Below are positions 10,201-20,934 of a stretch of 64,000 nt of DNA, in pieces (the first letter of the stretch is position 1; each line of letters starts with the position of its first letter). The position numbers were made by a program, and so were the translations under genes. Source of the DNA: an uncultured Clostridia bacterium. GTDB taxonomy: Bacteria; Bacillota; Clostridia; TANB77; CAG-465. The stretch covers positions 415 to 64,414 of the forward strand of contig CANQLD010000002.1 in the NCBI GenBank assembly GCA_947624625.1. The letters are read 5' to 3'. Under the pieces are notes generated by a model that ran no database searches, was not told the origin of the DNA, and saw only the letters and a list, made by a program, of their open reading frames with translations.

Positions 10201-12885
10201 AACATTAACAAACATATTTATATAATAATAACTTAAAGTATTTTTTGCAGATTTTTCAAGCATTTCACCTGTTGTCCATTGAAGTAATTTTTTATGAGAT
10301 ATAAGCATCCTAAATAGTGAAAGTGTAAATGCACTTACACACATAAATGCTTTATATGGAATTGTGCAAAAGTTTAAACACATTGTAAGTAAGTCTGCCT
10401 GAAAACCGTGTATAATTGGTATATATTGTAAATCTTTACTATGTCTTACTTTACCAAATATAAGTCTATTAATTGTACCAAGTATTGTACCAAAATTTAC
10501 TGTTAAAAATGATACAAGAATACTAATTAAAAATGTTCTCATATCTGTAAATGCAGATAGTATTATAGCAATAGTTGCCATTACATCTAAAAGTGGTCTT
10601 CTTATATTATCAAAAATTTTCCACTTAGAAAGTATTGACAATTTTGATTTTGGAGATAATAACCATTTAATAATTTGCATATCTCCTCTATACCATCTAT
10701 GATTTCTTTTCATATATGATATATAGTTATTAGGGAAACCATCTTGAAGTTCAATATCACTTGCAAGGCCAGCTTTTAGGAAAGAGCCTTCAAGTAAATC
10801 GTGACTTAAAACTAAGTTTTCTGGTATTTCTTTACTTAGTAATTCATTAAATAGTTCAATATCATAAATTCCTTTTCCACAAAAAATAGCTTCCTCAAAA
10901 CAGTCCTGGTAAACATCTGCAACCGCATTTGTATATATATCAAGTCCACCAAAGCCACCAAATATTTTAGAAAAAATACTTTTATTTGCAGATTCTATAT
11001 CAAGTCCAACAGATGGCTGAATAAGTCCATATCCTTTTACAACTGTCTTTTTATCTTTTGAAAGTATTGGTTTATTAAGTGGATGTGCAATTATTGCTAC
11101 CAAATCTTTTGCAGTATTTAAAGAAAGCATTGTATCTTCGTCAACAGTAATTGCATACCTTGCATTTACTATATCATCATATGTTAAATATACAATGTTA
11201 TCTATTTCTTTTTTAGAAAGTTTACCTAAAATTATCTGGTTAAATTGTTGCAAGCCACCTCTTTTTCTTTCCCAACCCATATAGCAATTTTCACTTTTTG
11301 AGTATACACGTTTTCTGTACATAAAGTTAAACAAAACATGTTCAGAATTATACTTATTATTTAATTCATCAAGTTTTTCCTTTGCATAACTTACTATTTT
11401 ATTATCAATGTCTATAACTTGTTTATCACTTGCCATACAGTCGCCAAGCAACATATAATACATATTTTCACTTCTATTTGCAAGATATGTTACTTCCATT
11501 TTATTTATCATTGCGTCAAGTTTTTCAATTGAAGAAATTATGGTTGGCATAACAACATATGTTGGATATTTTTTGTCAACTGTTTTTGCAAAATCAAATC
11601 TAGGAAGTATATTTGGCTTAACAAATTTTCTTAATAAATAATCTACTAGTTTAATTGTAATTTCAAGTGCAAATGAAAATACAATAACAAGAGATATAAC
11701 ATTAAGTATAATGTTATCAAAAAAAGCTATATATGGACTAATAAGTATTGTAACTAAAGAGGCAATAAATATTATACCTACAATATATAATGCAGGTTTA
11801 ATCTTTTTAATTACATTATTATATACCATATCACTTAAATATGATTTACCAAGTTCCTTTTTTAATAGGTATTTTTCTTCTCCGATTAAGAAAAATCCGA
11901 CATGTTTTTTATACTTGATAGAACATTCAACTGCTTTTTTTGCTACATACACTTCTGATAAATTATATTTTTTTGCAAGTTTTATAATATATTTCCTATA
12001 CCTTGTTTTAGTTTTGTAATCACACTTTTTAAACTCATTAGTATAGTCACCTTTTAGAGTTTCATCTATTTTGTTTACCTTTTCAAATATTTCTCTAAAA
12101 TTAATTCCTTGTAACTGTTTGAAAGCAAGAATTGCACGACCTATATAGTTAGTAGTTTTAGAAATTTCCATATGTTCTTTAATTATTGCTTCTTCAACAG
12201 TAAATCCAATTTTTTCCGCTTCTTCATTTAATCTTTTATAATAATTTTCTCTTTTTTTACCTAATTGCTTGACTCTATATGCCATATATTCAACAAAAGC
12301 AGTATTAGTAGATTTAATTTTTGAAAAGTCACTCATATTATCTTTTAAGTTTCTAAAGTATCTAAATTCGTTATATAATTCTTTAAATACAGTATCTTTT
12401 CCTTCATCTGCTTCAAGCATTTTTTCTACTTCAATCTTTTTAAGTTGTGAATTTGAAATATTTAAACATATTCTTGAAATAAACTTTAAAAGAGACATTT
12501 GTAGCATTAATATAAACAAATCTAATTCTTCAGAAGTAAGATATGATAGCTTTTGATGTTCTTTTAAGCAATTAAGTATTATATTTTGGTCAATATATCC
12601 TTTATTTTCCTCAACTAGTTCATAAGCTAAAAAGAAAATACTTATATATTTATCTCCTTCACTTGTTTTTATAATAGGAAGTCTTTTGTTTTTTAAACCA
12701 CGTTTACTATCTTTTATCTTTTGGTATTCTTCCTCAATTATATACATATTATCAAGTAACCATTGTCCTGCTGAATGTATACTTATCTTTTTTTCATATG
12801 ATTTTTCCAATAATTTATATGTATCACTAATATTATTATAGTGAAATTCTGCATCTCTAAATAATTCATTTAGTGCATTTTTCAT
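7279..12885 (-). CDS. Cyclic beta-1,2-glucan synthase-like protein (GT84 glycosyltransferase, TM region and glucoamylase-like domain)
   Basis: Motifs ITVDEDTML, GYGLIQPSVG, AVADVYQDCFEEAIFCGKGIYD, LSHDLLEGSF and RNHRWYRGD, plus several hydrophobic helices. The RTSSTNIGM...STVDSGNF block is as in Cgs/ChvB/NdvB. Confidence 0.8.
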   Translation of the reverse strand: MKNALNELFRDAEFHYNNISDTYKLLEKSYEKKISIHSAGQWLLDNMYIIEEEYQKIKDSKRGLKNKRLPIIKTSEGDKYISIFFLAYELVEENKGYIDQNIILNCLKEHQKLSYLTSEELDLFILMLQMSLLKFISRICLNISNSQLKKIEVEKMLEADEGKDTVFKELYNEFRYFRNLKDNMSDFSKIKSTNTAFVEYMAYRVKQLGKKRENYYKRLNEEAEKIGFTVEEAIIKEHMEISKTTNYIGRAILAFKQLQGINFREIFEKVNKIDETLKGDYTNEFKKCDYKTKTRYRKYIIKLAKKYNLSEVYVAKKAVECSIKYKKHVGFFLIGEEKYLLKKELGKSYLSDMVYNNVIKKIKPALYIVGIIFIASLVTILISPYIAFFDNIILNVISLVIVFSFALEITIKLVDYLLRKFVKPNILPRFDFAKTVDKKYPTYVVMPTIISSIEKLDAMINKMEVTYLANRSENMYYMLLGDCMASDKQVIDIDNKIVSYAKEKLDELNNKYNSEHVLFNFMYRKRVYSKSENCYMGWERKRGGLQQFNQIILGKLSKKEIDNIVYLTYDDIVNARYAITVDEDTMLSLNTAKDLVAIIAHPLNKPILSKDKKTVVKGYGLIQPSVGLDIESANKSIFSKIFGGFGGLDIYTNAVADVYQDCFEEAIFCGKGIYDIELFNELLSKEIPENLVLSHDLLEGSFLKAGLASDIELQDGFPNNYISYMKRNHRWYRGDMQIIKWLLSPKSKLSILSKWKIFDNIRRPLLDVMATIAIILSAFTDMRTFLISILVSFLTVNFGTILGTINRLIFGKVRHSKDLQYIPIIHGFQADLLTMCLNFCTIPYKAFMCVSAFTLSLFRMLISHKKLLQWTTGEMLEKSAKNTLSYYYINMFVNVIFAALLFIIPTINTYPALHFNVKYIIAFTFLFAPFLAYLLGKDHLLGRRKRLDDKEEEEVLEVAKRTWFFFDSMMTQVNNYLPTDNYQENRRYKIANRTSSTNIGMGILAIITAYDLKFISKEETITKLKNVYGTLEKLEKWKGHLYNWYNIKTLEPLRPRFVSTVDSGNFIACLYVARQFINELKDNNSYGKRENEEYDTVLDYLYDLNEQLINDTDFSELYDTSRNLFHVGYAQESGKLIDSYYDMLMSESRTTSLIAIARRQVTSKHWFALSRNLVKVDGYKGLISWAGTSFEYFMPYIFNKSYEHTLIDQSLFFNKFSQLKYARDNQVPWGVSESAFAVKDNQLNYQYQEFGIPWLGLKRGLNDYLVVSPYASLLTIEYDPYSVYKNIKRLKKIGAYSSYGFYEAIDYTKEHIGENEKFEIVKTYMAHHQGMILASINNYINHGIIKERFHENPDIRACDILLKEREKLRATINKSTIDNENVFKQKNIQKYTTFVNYISQDRELDTEIKDETCIAMLKGLNLSTIVTNSGDMFIKYKDKIINKQRYTNLANCGNYIYLTDKVTGKTISVMDTNLTHSINKDMKKSLFNASLNKIETYLESNELETTTTMYMSPEYNMEIKKVSIYNNSNVRREIIINTYIEMAMTDYMTNVVHPSFSNLQIETYYDEDLDILVASKRKKNENDEDLFVYAKLIGIDLEKEMETEKQKLVKDIDNAYNETINRYPLWPVLSYRARIILDAYERQEFYYVLGVSDSKYKISNAVINLDNKTLVNQFKLTGELNSVTSRYLQLEAGKAEIYNNILKEVLFNRITVDTSKFWDTSLSQSMLWKYSISGDLPILLIYIDKIEDAGIISEVIKFMDYVKNRKIDLDIIVLINEKQEKDGPLYTFVKSRIDRAVYMDYSKGNIFILNVRFLDDNEVKLLSFLAKKYIQNVDDFLTTSEIEGSNKESIILEKEIIDKEEALVNEEE

Positions 12886-13035
12886 ATACTGTTCAACCCC
12901 AATCTTCGTTTTAAATAAAGTTCCAAATAAATTATATAATAAAGTTTAAAATATTGCAAGAAATAAACGTGTAAAATCTATAAACAAATTTAAAAAAAGA
13001 CCGACTACTTTTAAAATAGTTAGTCAGTTCTTTTT

Positions 13036-14850
13036 TTATTTATTCTTGTTTGTTCTAAATCTTTGTGTTGGGTCTAAAATTTTCTTTCTAATACGTATAT
13101 TTAAAGGTGTTATTTCAACTAGTTCATCATCTGATATAAACTCAATTGCTTGTTCAAGTGACATTATTTTAGGTGGTACAAGTTTTAGTGCGTCATCACT
13201 TCCTGAAGCTCTTGTATTAGTTAAATGTTTTTCTTTACATACATTTATTGTCAAATCATCACTTCTTGAGTTTTCTCCAACAACCATACCAATATATACT
13301 TCAGTTCCTGGTGTTATGAAAAGAGTAGACCTTTCTTGTGCATTAAAAAGTCCATAAGTTGTTGCTTTCCCATTTTCAAAAGCTACAACTGTTCCTCTTG
13401 TTCTTGTCATTACTTCACCCTTATCTTTTTCATAACCAGCAAAAGTATGATTCATTATGCCGTTTCCTTTTGTATCAGTCATAAATTCTCCTCTATAACC
13501 AATTAGTCCACGAGCTGGAATTGTAAATTCAAGCCTAGAGTATCCTGCTTGTGAAGTTGATGGTGCCATATTTGTCATTTCACCTTTTCTGTTTCCAATT
13601 TTTTCCATAACAACACCAACATATTCGTCAGGAACATCTATTACAAGATTTTCCATTGGTTCGCATTTAACTCCATCTATCATTTTATATATAACAGTTG
13701 GACGAGATACTAGTAATTCATACCCTTCTCTTCTCATATTTTCTATTAGAATTGATAAATGTAATTCTCCTCTTCCTGATACTTTAAAGCTATCAGCTGA
13801 GTCTGTTTCTTCAACTCTTAAAGATACATTTGTTTCAAGTTCCTTAAATAATCTATCTCTTAAATGTCTTGATGTGATAAACTTACCTTCTTTTCCTGCA
13901 AAAGGTCCATTATTTACACTAAAAGTCATAGATACAGTTGGCTCATCTATATCAACAAAGTCTACTTTTTCAGGTGTATTTACATCAGCAATTGTTTCAC
14001 CTATATTAATTCCCTCAACACCTGTTACTGCAACTATATCACCACAGTATGCTTCTTCTACTTCAACTCTATTAAGTCCAGAATAAGTATATAACTTTCC
14101 AATTTTTATATTTTTTATACTTCCATCACTTTTACATAGTGCTACTTGGTCACTTGCTTTAATTGTTCCTCTTTCAATTCTTCCTATACCAATTCTTCCA
14201 GTATAATCACTATAATCAATACTTGTAACTAAAAGTTGTAGAGGCTCATCTTTTGAACCTGCAGGCTCTGGTACTGTATTTATAATTGTTTCAAATAATG
14301 GTTTCATATCTTTGCTTTCATCATTTAAATCAAGTTTTGCATAACCATCTTTTCCAGAAGCATATACAACTTTAAAATCAAGTTGTTCGTCTGAGGCATT
14401 TAAGTCCATAAATAATTCTAAAACTTCGTCAACAACTTCTTTTGGTCTAGCACCCGGTCTATCAATTTTATTTACAACTACAATTGGTATAAGGTTTAAT
14501 TCTAAAGCTTTATTTAAAACAAATCTTGTTTGTGGCATAGGCCCGTCAAAAGCATCAACAAGAAGTATAACTGCATCAACCATTTTAAGTACACGTTCTA
14601 CTTCTCCACCAAAATCTGCGTGTCCTGGTGTATCAACTATGTTTATTTTTATACCATTATACATTACTGCAGTATTTTTAGATAATATTGTTATTCCTCT
14701 TTCTCTTTCAATATCATTAGAGTCCATAACACGTTCATTTACTTGCTCATTATCTCTAAATGTACCACTTTGTTTAAGAAGTGCATCTACCAAAGTTGTT
14801 TTACCGTGGTCAACGTGAGCAATAATTGCAACATTTCTTAAGTTTTTCAT
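13036..14850 (-). CDS. typA: Translational GTPase TypA/BipA
   Basis: 604 aa. G motifs [20 protein letters not shown] and NKIDR, with an EF-G-like domain order. Confidence 0.95.
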   Translation of the reverse strand: MKNLRNVAIIAHVDHGKTTLVDALLKQSGTFRDNEQVNERVMDSNDIERERGITILSKNTAVMYNGIKINIVDTPGHADFGGEVERVLKMVDAVILLVDAFDGPMPQTRFVLNKALELNLIPIVVVNKIDRPGARPKEVVDEVLELFMDLNASDEQLDFKVVYASGKDGYAKLDLNDESKDMKPLFETIINTVPEPAGSKDEPLQLLVTSIDYSDYTGRIGIGRIERGTIKASDQVALCKSDGSIKNIKIGKLYTYSGLNRVEVEEAYCGDIVAVTGVEGINIGETIADVNTPEKVDFVDIDEPTVSMTFSVNNGPFAGKEGKFITSRHLRDRLFKELETNVSLRVEETDSADSFKVSGRGELHLSILIENMRREGYELLVSRPTVIYKMIDGVKCEPMENLVIDVPDEYVGVVMEKIGNRKGEMTNMAPSTSQAGYSRLEFTIPARGLIGYRGEFMTDTKGNGIMNHTFAGYEKDKGEVMTRTRGTVVAFENGKATTYGLFNAQERSTLFITPGTEVYIGMVVGENSRSDDLTINVCKEKHLTNTRASGSDDALKLVPPKIMSLEQAIEFISDDELVEITPLNIRIRKKILDPTQRFRTNKNK

Positions 14851-14924
14851 ATAAATTTCTTCCTTCCATAAAATATTTAAAGCTTATGTAGATTACATAA
14901 TTATTACGATTTATATACCATATT

Positions 14925-14954
14925 ATTATACCATTTTTTAGTTATAGTTGTCAA
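14925..14954 (-). promoter_or_regulatory. Putative sigma-A promoter of typA
   Basis: Minus strand reads TTGACA, an 18-nt spacer ending in TG, then TATAAT, about 70 nt upstream of the typA ATG. Confidence 0.5.
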
Positions 14955-15049
14955 CTATTTTACAGAAGTTTTCATAAGCATTTAGTTAAACTTTTCATAA
15001 ATTTATATATTAATTTTTCCTATTTTTAGTTTATTTAATAAAAATACAA

Positions 15050-15090
15050 AATATTACAAAAATAAAGAGGCAAAATTAATTACCTCTTTA
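15050..15090 (-). terminator. Rho-independent terminator ending the vWA-kinase operon
   Basis: 8-bp stem TAAAGAGG/CCTCTTTA (15063..15070 and 15083..15090), followed by a T-rich tract on the minus strand. It lies 10 nt after the stop at 15100. Confidence 0.6.
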
Positions 15091-15099
15091 CTTTACAAT

Positions 15100-18000
15100 T
15101 TAATTATTATTTAACTTAGTAAACTCAAATGTATATTTTGAGTATTGGTATACTCTAAAACCTTTCAAAATTATTTCAATTTTAGAGTTTTTTGTTACTC
15201 CATTACACAAATAACAAGTTTCTTCTCCATTATCTATATCTATTGCACATATTTTTTCTAAGTCGGGATAAAAAAGCTTTTTGTTAAAATATATAGCATT
15301 AGAAAGATAAATGTCCTTTCTTAAGTTAGTTATTTTTGAAAGAAAATCTGTACAAGTTACTTCATTACAAGTTTTGTCACTCATAGATAACAAAAATGCC
15401 TTACAAGTTTTTGGTTCAACAACAAGCCATTTTTGAGTTATTAAATCTGCAAAAATATATGGTGTTGTATGTTTACCAAAATTTTTAATTACAGTTTCTA
15501 TTGCATAAACATATGAAAATATAACTGATAAATCATTATGACCGTTAATAGAAGAGATATTTAAAACCAAATTATCTGGGTATGTTACATTGCCATCACA
15601 TTGCAAGTCAATATCCTTTAAGAATATTTGTTTTTCTTCTCTTTGAGCAGATAAGATATTTAACTTGCCATCAGGTGTTAAATAGCAACATAAAAAGACA
15701 TTTGTAAATGGAATTGCAAGCCCAGCTTTTGGATAGATTACTTTTCTTTTCAAAATTTCATCTTTATCTACTTCTAAATTATTAATAAACGGCTTTACTG
15801 AAAAGTACAGTTTATTTTCACATATTTTAATTATAAAATTATTGTTACACTCATAAAAAGAAGTTGCGTCTTCTAAATATTTTTTAGGTATACCTTTTTT
15901 TGAAAACTTACTTGGAATATTAGCTAAGTTACACTTCAATTTAGAAAAAGCATTTAATACAACGTTTTTTGTATCAGAGATTTCATCATCATTATCCTCT
16001 GTATCAGGATTTTTCTTCTCTTCTTTTTCTACTGGTATCTCAATATCTTCTAATTTGCTAATATAGTTTATTTTAGTATTATAAAGTCTAAAATATTCAT
16101 TAACTAAGTATTTGCCAATATTAAAACGTTTATCTTTTTCAAAAATGTCGAGAAAGGCATTTACAAGCTCATCAGACATCCAGCTCCAATCTTCAATAAT
16201 TGGAGGTACGATAACATCATAATCACCAAGTACAGAGATTCTTGAAACCATTCTTTCTCTTTGTTTTAACACTCTACCATTTTCATCCTTATATACACCA
16301 TTAAATGGATGCAAAAAAGTCAAAACGTAAAATGCCATTATAGCAAGAGAATAATAATCTCCTTCAAAAGAAGATACACAATATCCATAACCTTCTCTAC
16401 TTGTATCTGCTACAACAGACAGTGGGTCTAAGAAAGGCTCCGTATAAACAGTATACTGACCCGGTTTTATATTCGCACTATCTAAGTCAATAACAGATAC
16501 TTCTTTTGTAGATAGATTAAATAGAACGTTATTATGGCTTACATCACCAATATAAATACCATTTATATGGCAAAATTCAATTGCACTACAAAGATAAATA
16601 AGTATCTCTAACTTATCTTTAAGAGTTATATTATACTTTTCAACTTTAGAACGGTCTGTAAGTATTCTAAAAGGCTTACTATTTGTAATTTCCTCAATAA
16701 CAGGACCACAAAATTCGTCAGTTTCATCATCAAGAATTAGTCCAACTGTTTTAGGAATTTTAAAGTTGTACATTGAAGTATCTTGAGGATTAATTTTAGT
16801 AATTAATGTACTAATTACTCTTTTTTTATTTTCAAAGTTTTGTAAGTTCCTTGAAGATTCCTCATTATCATTTTCTCTGTAAATTTTACCCAAGAAACCA
16901 TTTTCTAAATCGTAAATAATTGCTTCACGCCCATCTTCAGAAAATATGGGTTTCTTTTCTACTACACTTCTTTTATATCCTTCTACTTTATATCCACACA
17001 AAGGACATTTTCCATATATTGTAGGAGAATAATAAATGTTATGGAAAATACAAAACTTATTTGTAGAATTTATATATTCTCCTAGAATAGCTATAGCATT
17101 TTCAAAATTTTCACAAATAATGTAAGTACTAAACAACTTTATACGTTCTTTATCAAAACCAATTGCAAGTTCAAAATATTTCTTAAGAAATGTCTTTACA
17201 TTTGGAGTTATAACACTACCTTCTTCTTTTGTAAGATAAATAATTTCATTAACATAAACTTTAAAAGAAGTAGAAAATGAAATAAGCTCTTCAACGTCAA
17301 AACCTTTAATAAGAGATAAATGATTTACTTTTAGCTTAATTAAAAACTTTACAAAACCACGAATACACTTTAAAATTTCTAAATTGCTAAGTGTATCAAT
17401 ATCAAGTAGTTTTCTTGATTTACTTTCATAAGAAAGATAACCAATACTTTCTTTGTCTGAGCCAAAGTCAAATACGTTTTTATAAACGATATTTTTTAAG
17501 TTTATACCTTTCAAATTTCTTGCAAAGTTTACAAAATCAACTTCATTTTTACTCTTTACATTAAGACATTTAAATTGCAAACCGTTTACAATATCAATAC
17601 TATAAAGATATGTGGTAAATAAATCGTTTGAAGAAATCCCTTCGTACTTCTTTGTAAATCCCCTTTTATTTACAAAGAAGTCATCTTTAAGAAAAGCTGG
17701 CGAAGGGGTAAAACTTGTAAGAGTTCCGACATCATTACGAAGTTTTGCTAAAAAATCATATATGCGTTTTGTTTCTTTGCACATAACACTACTTCCAGCA
17801 TACGGAATACCAACTCTAACATCCCTTACATCAAAATTTGCAAGTTTGTATAATTTATTTATAGCTTTAACATAGGTATTCATAATTTTATAACAAATTT
17901 CTTTTTCTTTATCTTCCTTATCTTCTATATAGTTAATCAATACATTTTGGTTTAAGTAGTTATCATTGTAAACACAGTTTGATATAATTCTTCTTAAATT

Positions 18001-20223
18001 TACATACGGTTTAAGTGTTTTGCTAAAACAAATTGAATTAATATCAATGTATACCATATACTTCATTGAGTGATTAATTATTTGTAATAGTAACATGATT
18101 ATATCAAATATTGCTCTTACACGGTCTTCATATTTAAGTTTTGCAATTAATTTATCAACATCTGATAAATACACATAATTTTTATAGCTTCTCGAAGGAA
18201 ATTTTAGACCATAAATCTCAAAATCATCAGATACTTTTACAGTTGAATAATAAACTATATTTTCAGGTGCACAAATTACAGAAAGCTTATAATTTGAACC
18301 ACTAGATATTTTAGATGCATACCTTTTTATTGAGCTTATATGCTTAAGTAATGAAGAAACTTCATCATAAGCAAGTCTATTTGTTTTTAAGATATTTACA
18401 TCATTTGTTGGTAAATCATCAACAAATACAGGTGGTAATTTTCTCGGAGAAACTACATATTTTGAATAAAAATTTAACCCATATATTGAATAATCTGCCA
18501 AAGTATTTTTAATAGCCCTAAAAAAGTAAAATTTATCAAAATCGCCACCAGTTATATAGCTCTCATAGTATTTTATAAAATAAGGTGACATTGAATATAC
18601 ATAATACTTACCTTCTATATACTCAATTTTCCCCTCTTTAATATTATAACTAACAAGTTGATTAAAAAAGCTAATAAAGCTTTTTACTATAAAATCAATA
18701 AATTCTTCAGAAAGCTTATTATTAGACTCTTTTTTTACAATTTCCATATTTTCAATATTTCTAAAAATTAAACTATTATTTGGAATATCAACTATAATAT
18801 CATCAAGTGTTAATTCCTTGTTAAAGTTTAGTACACCAACTCCATCAATTAAATTATATAAATCCTTTGAGTAAAATTCAAGAATCTTACTATAAAGCTC
18901 TTTAAAAGTTTTTAACATATTGCTACAATTTATATACTTTGAAAGTGGAACTATATCTTCACTAGAATCACCAGTAAAAACACCGTAATCTTCAATCATA
19001 AAACCAATTGGATGTTCTTGTCCATCTTGATATATAAGTTTAAATATTTTGTAGTCATTATCAAACCTACTACTAGAATACAATTTCATAAAATTCTTTA
19101 AAAAACAACAAAGAACTTTCATATTACTTAGTGATTCTTCATCATCTTTTTTATAAATTATATAACTTGTTCCCTTATAGGTTATAACATCATACAAGCA
19201 TGTCGAATATTTTACATCACCATTTTTAATAATCGCTCTATATGTATCTTCAGTAACATATGAAAGCACGTCACTTGCATAAGGAGATACTAAAAGCCGT
19301 TTCCGATTGTATACATTATTTCCAAATATCGCTAAGTTTTCAAATTCTTCAGTTACTACCTTAGCAAAATATGCTAAATCAACATTTTCATTTAACTTAA
19401 AAACTCTTTTATATAAATCAATAAACTGGGTAGATAAGTAATGAAAACATTCGTCTTCTAATACTTTACTATAGTAGTATTCACCAAAATTTTGAGTTGA
19501 AAAGTCACAAAAGTGCAGTTTAGTTGCGACATACTTTAAATAGCATTTTAAATTAAATGAATAATTTAACTTTTTATTTTCATTCAAAACCTTCAACTCA
19601 TGTATATTATTCATTGTAAGATATGGTATACCAGCTACATCATTAATTTCACTTGTTTCCACAATTTCATTAAAAAATGGGGCTTCTGAGATTAAAATAC
19701 CATTTGAAGATAAAAATACTATAAAATTTAAAAGTGCCATTAGATATTTGTATACGTTGTTTTCTTTAAAAGTCTCAATGTTGGTACCAGAATTAAATCT
19801 TAACTCTAAATGCTTGAAGTTACGAATTTTAACGACATTATTCCGACGTAATATTCCTAAATTTATATAGCGTTCATAGCCTATTTTTATTGAGTCAAGA
19901 TTTTCTTGTTTTTCTGGAATTTCATATCCAATAATTGCTTTTTTAGAATCATTATCCTCGTAAATACATACAAGTTTAGCTACATTAAATTTAATAAGAG
20001 ACGAATCATCATATGATTTTAAAATCTGAATAATTTTTTCAAAATTTTCTTTATCTGTTATTGGATTTTTAGGAATAACAATCTTACGAAAAGTCCCTAA
20101 ATCATAGTAATAATTTACTGCAGAACCATTTGGAGATTTAACATCATTATTTTGTAAATTCGCAGATAAAAATCTCGATTTAAGTCCCAAAGAAAAATTT
20201 TTTATACCAGCTTTTATGTTCAT
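15100..20223 (-). CDS. 1707-aa multi-domain protein: about four degenerate kinase-like modules, a zinc ribbon, one apparently active Ser/Thr-kinase-like core and an unknown C-terminal domain
   Basis: Uninterrupted ORF. Kinase signatures in one segment: GFLGKIY, CHINGIYIGDVSHNNVLF (D-x4-N), VSVIDLDSA, YTEPFLDP and DYYSLAIMAFYVLTFLHPFNG. A CxxH...CPLC ribbon lies just upstream. The context is vWA + PP2C neighbours. Confidence 0.75.
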   Translation of the reverse strand: MNIKAGIKNFSLGLKSRFLSANLQNNDVKSPNGSAVNYYYDLGTFRKIVIPKNPITDKENFEKIIQILKSYDDSSLIKFNVAKLVCIYEDNDSKKAIIGYEIPEKQENLDSIKIGYERYINLGILRRNNVVKIRNFKHLELRFNSGTNIETFKENNVYKYLMALLNFIVFLSSNGILISEAPFFNEIVETSEINDVAGIPYLTMNNIHELKVLNENKKLNYSFNLKCYLKYVATKLHFCDFSTQNFGEYYYSKVLEDECFHYLSTQFIDLYKRVFKLNENVDLAYFAKVVTEEFENLAIFGNNVYNRKRLLVSPYASDVLSYVTEDTYRAIIKNGDVKYSTCLYDVITYKGTSYIIYKKDDEESLSNMKVLCCFLKNFMKLYSSSRFDNDYKIFKLIYQDGQEHPIGFMIEDYGVFTGDSSEDIVPLSKYINCSNMLKTFKELYSKILEFYSKDLYNLIDGVGVLNFNKELTLDDIIVDIPNNSLIFRNIENMEIVKKESNNKLSEEFIDFIVKSFISFFNQLVSYNIKEGKIEYIEGKYYVYSMSPYFIKYYESYITGGDFDKFYFFRAIKNTLADYSIYGLNFYSKYVVSPRKLPPVFVDDLPTNDVNILKTNRLAYDEVSSLLKHISSIKRYASKISSGSNYKLSVICAPENIVYYSTVKVSDDFEIYGLKFPSRSYKNYVYLSDVDKLIAKLKYEDRVRAIFDIIMLLLQIINHSMKYMVYIDINSICFSKTLKPYVNLRRIISNCVYNDNYLNQNVLINYIEDKEDKEKEICYKIMNTYVKAINKLYKLANFDVRDVRVGIPYAGSSVMCKETKRIYDFLAKLRNDVGTLTSFTPSPAFLKDDFFVNKRGFTKKYEGISSNDLFTTYLYSIDIVNGLQFKCLNVKSKNEVDFVNFARNLKGINLKNIVYKNVFDFGSDKESIGYLSYESKSRKLLDIDTLSNLEILKCIRGFVKFLIKLKVNHLSLIKGFDVEELISFSTSFKVYVNEIIYLTKEEGSVITPNVKTFLKKYFELAIGFDKERIKLFSTYIICENFENAIAILGEYINSTNKFCIFHNIYYSPTIYGKCPLCGYKVEGYKRSVVEKKPIFSEDGREAIIYDLENGFLGKIYRENDNEESSRNLQNFENKKRVISTLITKINPQDTSMYNFKIPKTVGLILDDETDEFCGPVIEEITNSKPFRILTDRSKVEKYNITLKDKLEILIYLCSAIEFCHINGIYIGDVSHNNVLFNLSTKEVSVIDLDSANIKPGQYTVYTEPFLDPLSVVADTSREGYGYCVSSFEGDYYSLAIMAFYVLTFLHPFNGVYKDENGRVLKQRERMVSRISVLGDYDVIVPPIIEDWSWMSDELVNAFLDIFEKDKRFNIGKYLVNEYFRLYNTKINYISKLEDIEIPVEKEEKKNPDTEDNDDEISDTKNVVLNAFSKLKCNLANIPSKFSKKGIPKKYLEDATSFYECNNNFIIKICENKLYFSVKPFINNLEVDKDEILKRKVIYPKAGLAIPFTNVFLCCYLTPDGKLNILSAQREEKQIFLKDIDLQCDGNVTYPDNLVLNISSINGHNDLSVIFSYVYAIETVIKNFGKHTTPYIFADLITQKWLVVEPKTCKAFLLSMSDKTCNEVTCTDFLSKITNLRKDIYLSNAIYFNKKLFYPDLEKICAIDIDNGEETCYLCNGVTKNSKIEIILKGFRVYQYSKYTFEFTKLNNN
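16110..16950 (-). other. Predicted catalytic protein-kinase core within the 1707-aa protein
   Basis: The catalytic-loop Asp codon is at 16543..16545 (IGDVSHNN). The DLD (DFG-equivalent) is at 16480..16488. Domain boundaries are approximate. Confidence 0.6.
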
Positions 20224-20241
20224 AAAATCTGCCTCCTTATC

Positions 20242-20874
20242 TTAAACGTTTGAAAATAAATCGATTCCTTCAATCATACTCTTAGAACATTGTTTAATAG
20301 TATCAAACATATCCGTTAAACCTTTGCTATCTCTTTTGAATTTATGGATATGTTCATATCCAAGACTTAAAATCTCCTTGTTTCTGTGGCCAAAAAGAAG
20401 TAAGTGTGTCTCAACATTATTTTGTTTTAAATACCTTATTGCATTTTGTGCCTCGTTTAGATAGTAGCCACTTTCTTTGCTACCTTCATCTTTACCATCA
20501 GTTATAGTAAAGAAAATTGTTTTTAAGTTATATCCACTATTTTGAGCTTTTTTTATATAACCTTCATTAGGAAAAAGCAAACTTTCAGTTATTCTACAAA
20601 TAGAATAATAAAGAATACTTTTCCCACCAGTTATATAGCTTGAAGAAAAATCACTTGGCTTGCAAACATCTTTTTCTTCATAATTACCTGAAAAATCAGC
20701 TCTAAGTATTAATACAACTGAACTATCTTCTATACCGTTTAAAAAGCCTTTAATGTCCTCAAACTCACTTGATACCTGTTCTTCCCATTTTTTCATTGAT
20801 GATGACTTATCAATCAAAAAAACAAGCAACGTTGTATTGTCCGATTTTACAACTTGGTCGTAATTTAGTAACAT
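20242..20874 (-). CDS. von Willebrand factor A domain protein (TerY-like), copy B
   Basis: MIDAS elements LVFLIDKSSSM (DxSxS) and FFTITDGKDEG. ATG at 20874 is preceded by GGGAGG. The stop lies 18 nt before the kinase gene start. Confidence 0.75.
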   Translation of the reverse strand: MLLNYDQVVKSDNTTLLVFLIDKSSSMKKWEEQVSSEFEDIKGFLNGIEDSSVVLILRADFSGNYEEKDVCKPSDFSSSYITGGKSILYYSICRITESLLFPNEGYIKKAQNSGYNLKTIFFTITDGKDEGSKESGYYLNEAQNAIRYLKQNNVETHLLLFGHRNKEILSLGYEHIHKFKRDSKGLTDMFDTIKQCSKSMIEGIDLFSNV

Positions 20875-20934
20875 TTCAATTCCTCCCATTTTTACATTAA
20901 ATTATTTTTGTAATAAAACAGATTTTACAGGCTA

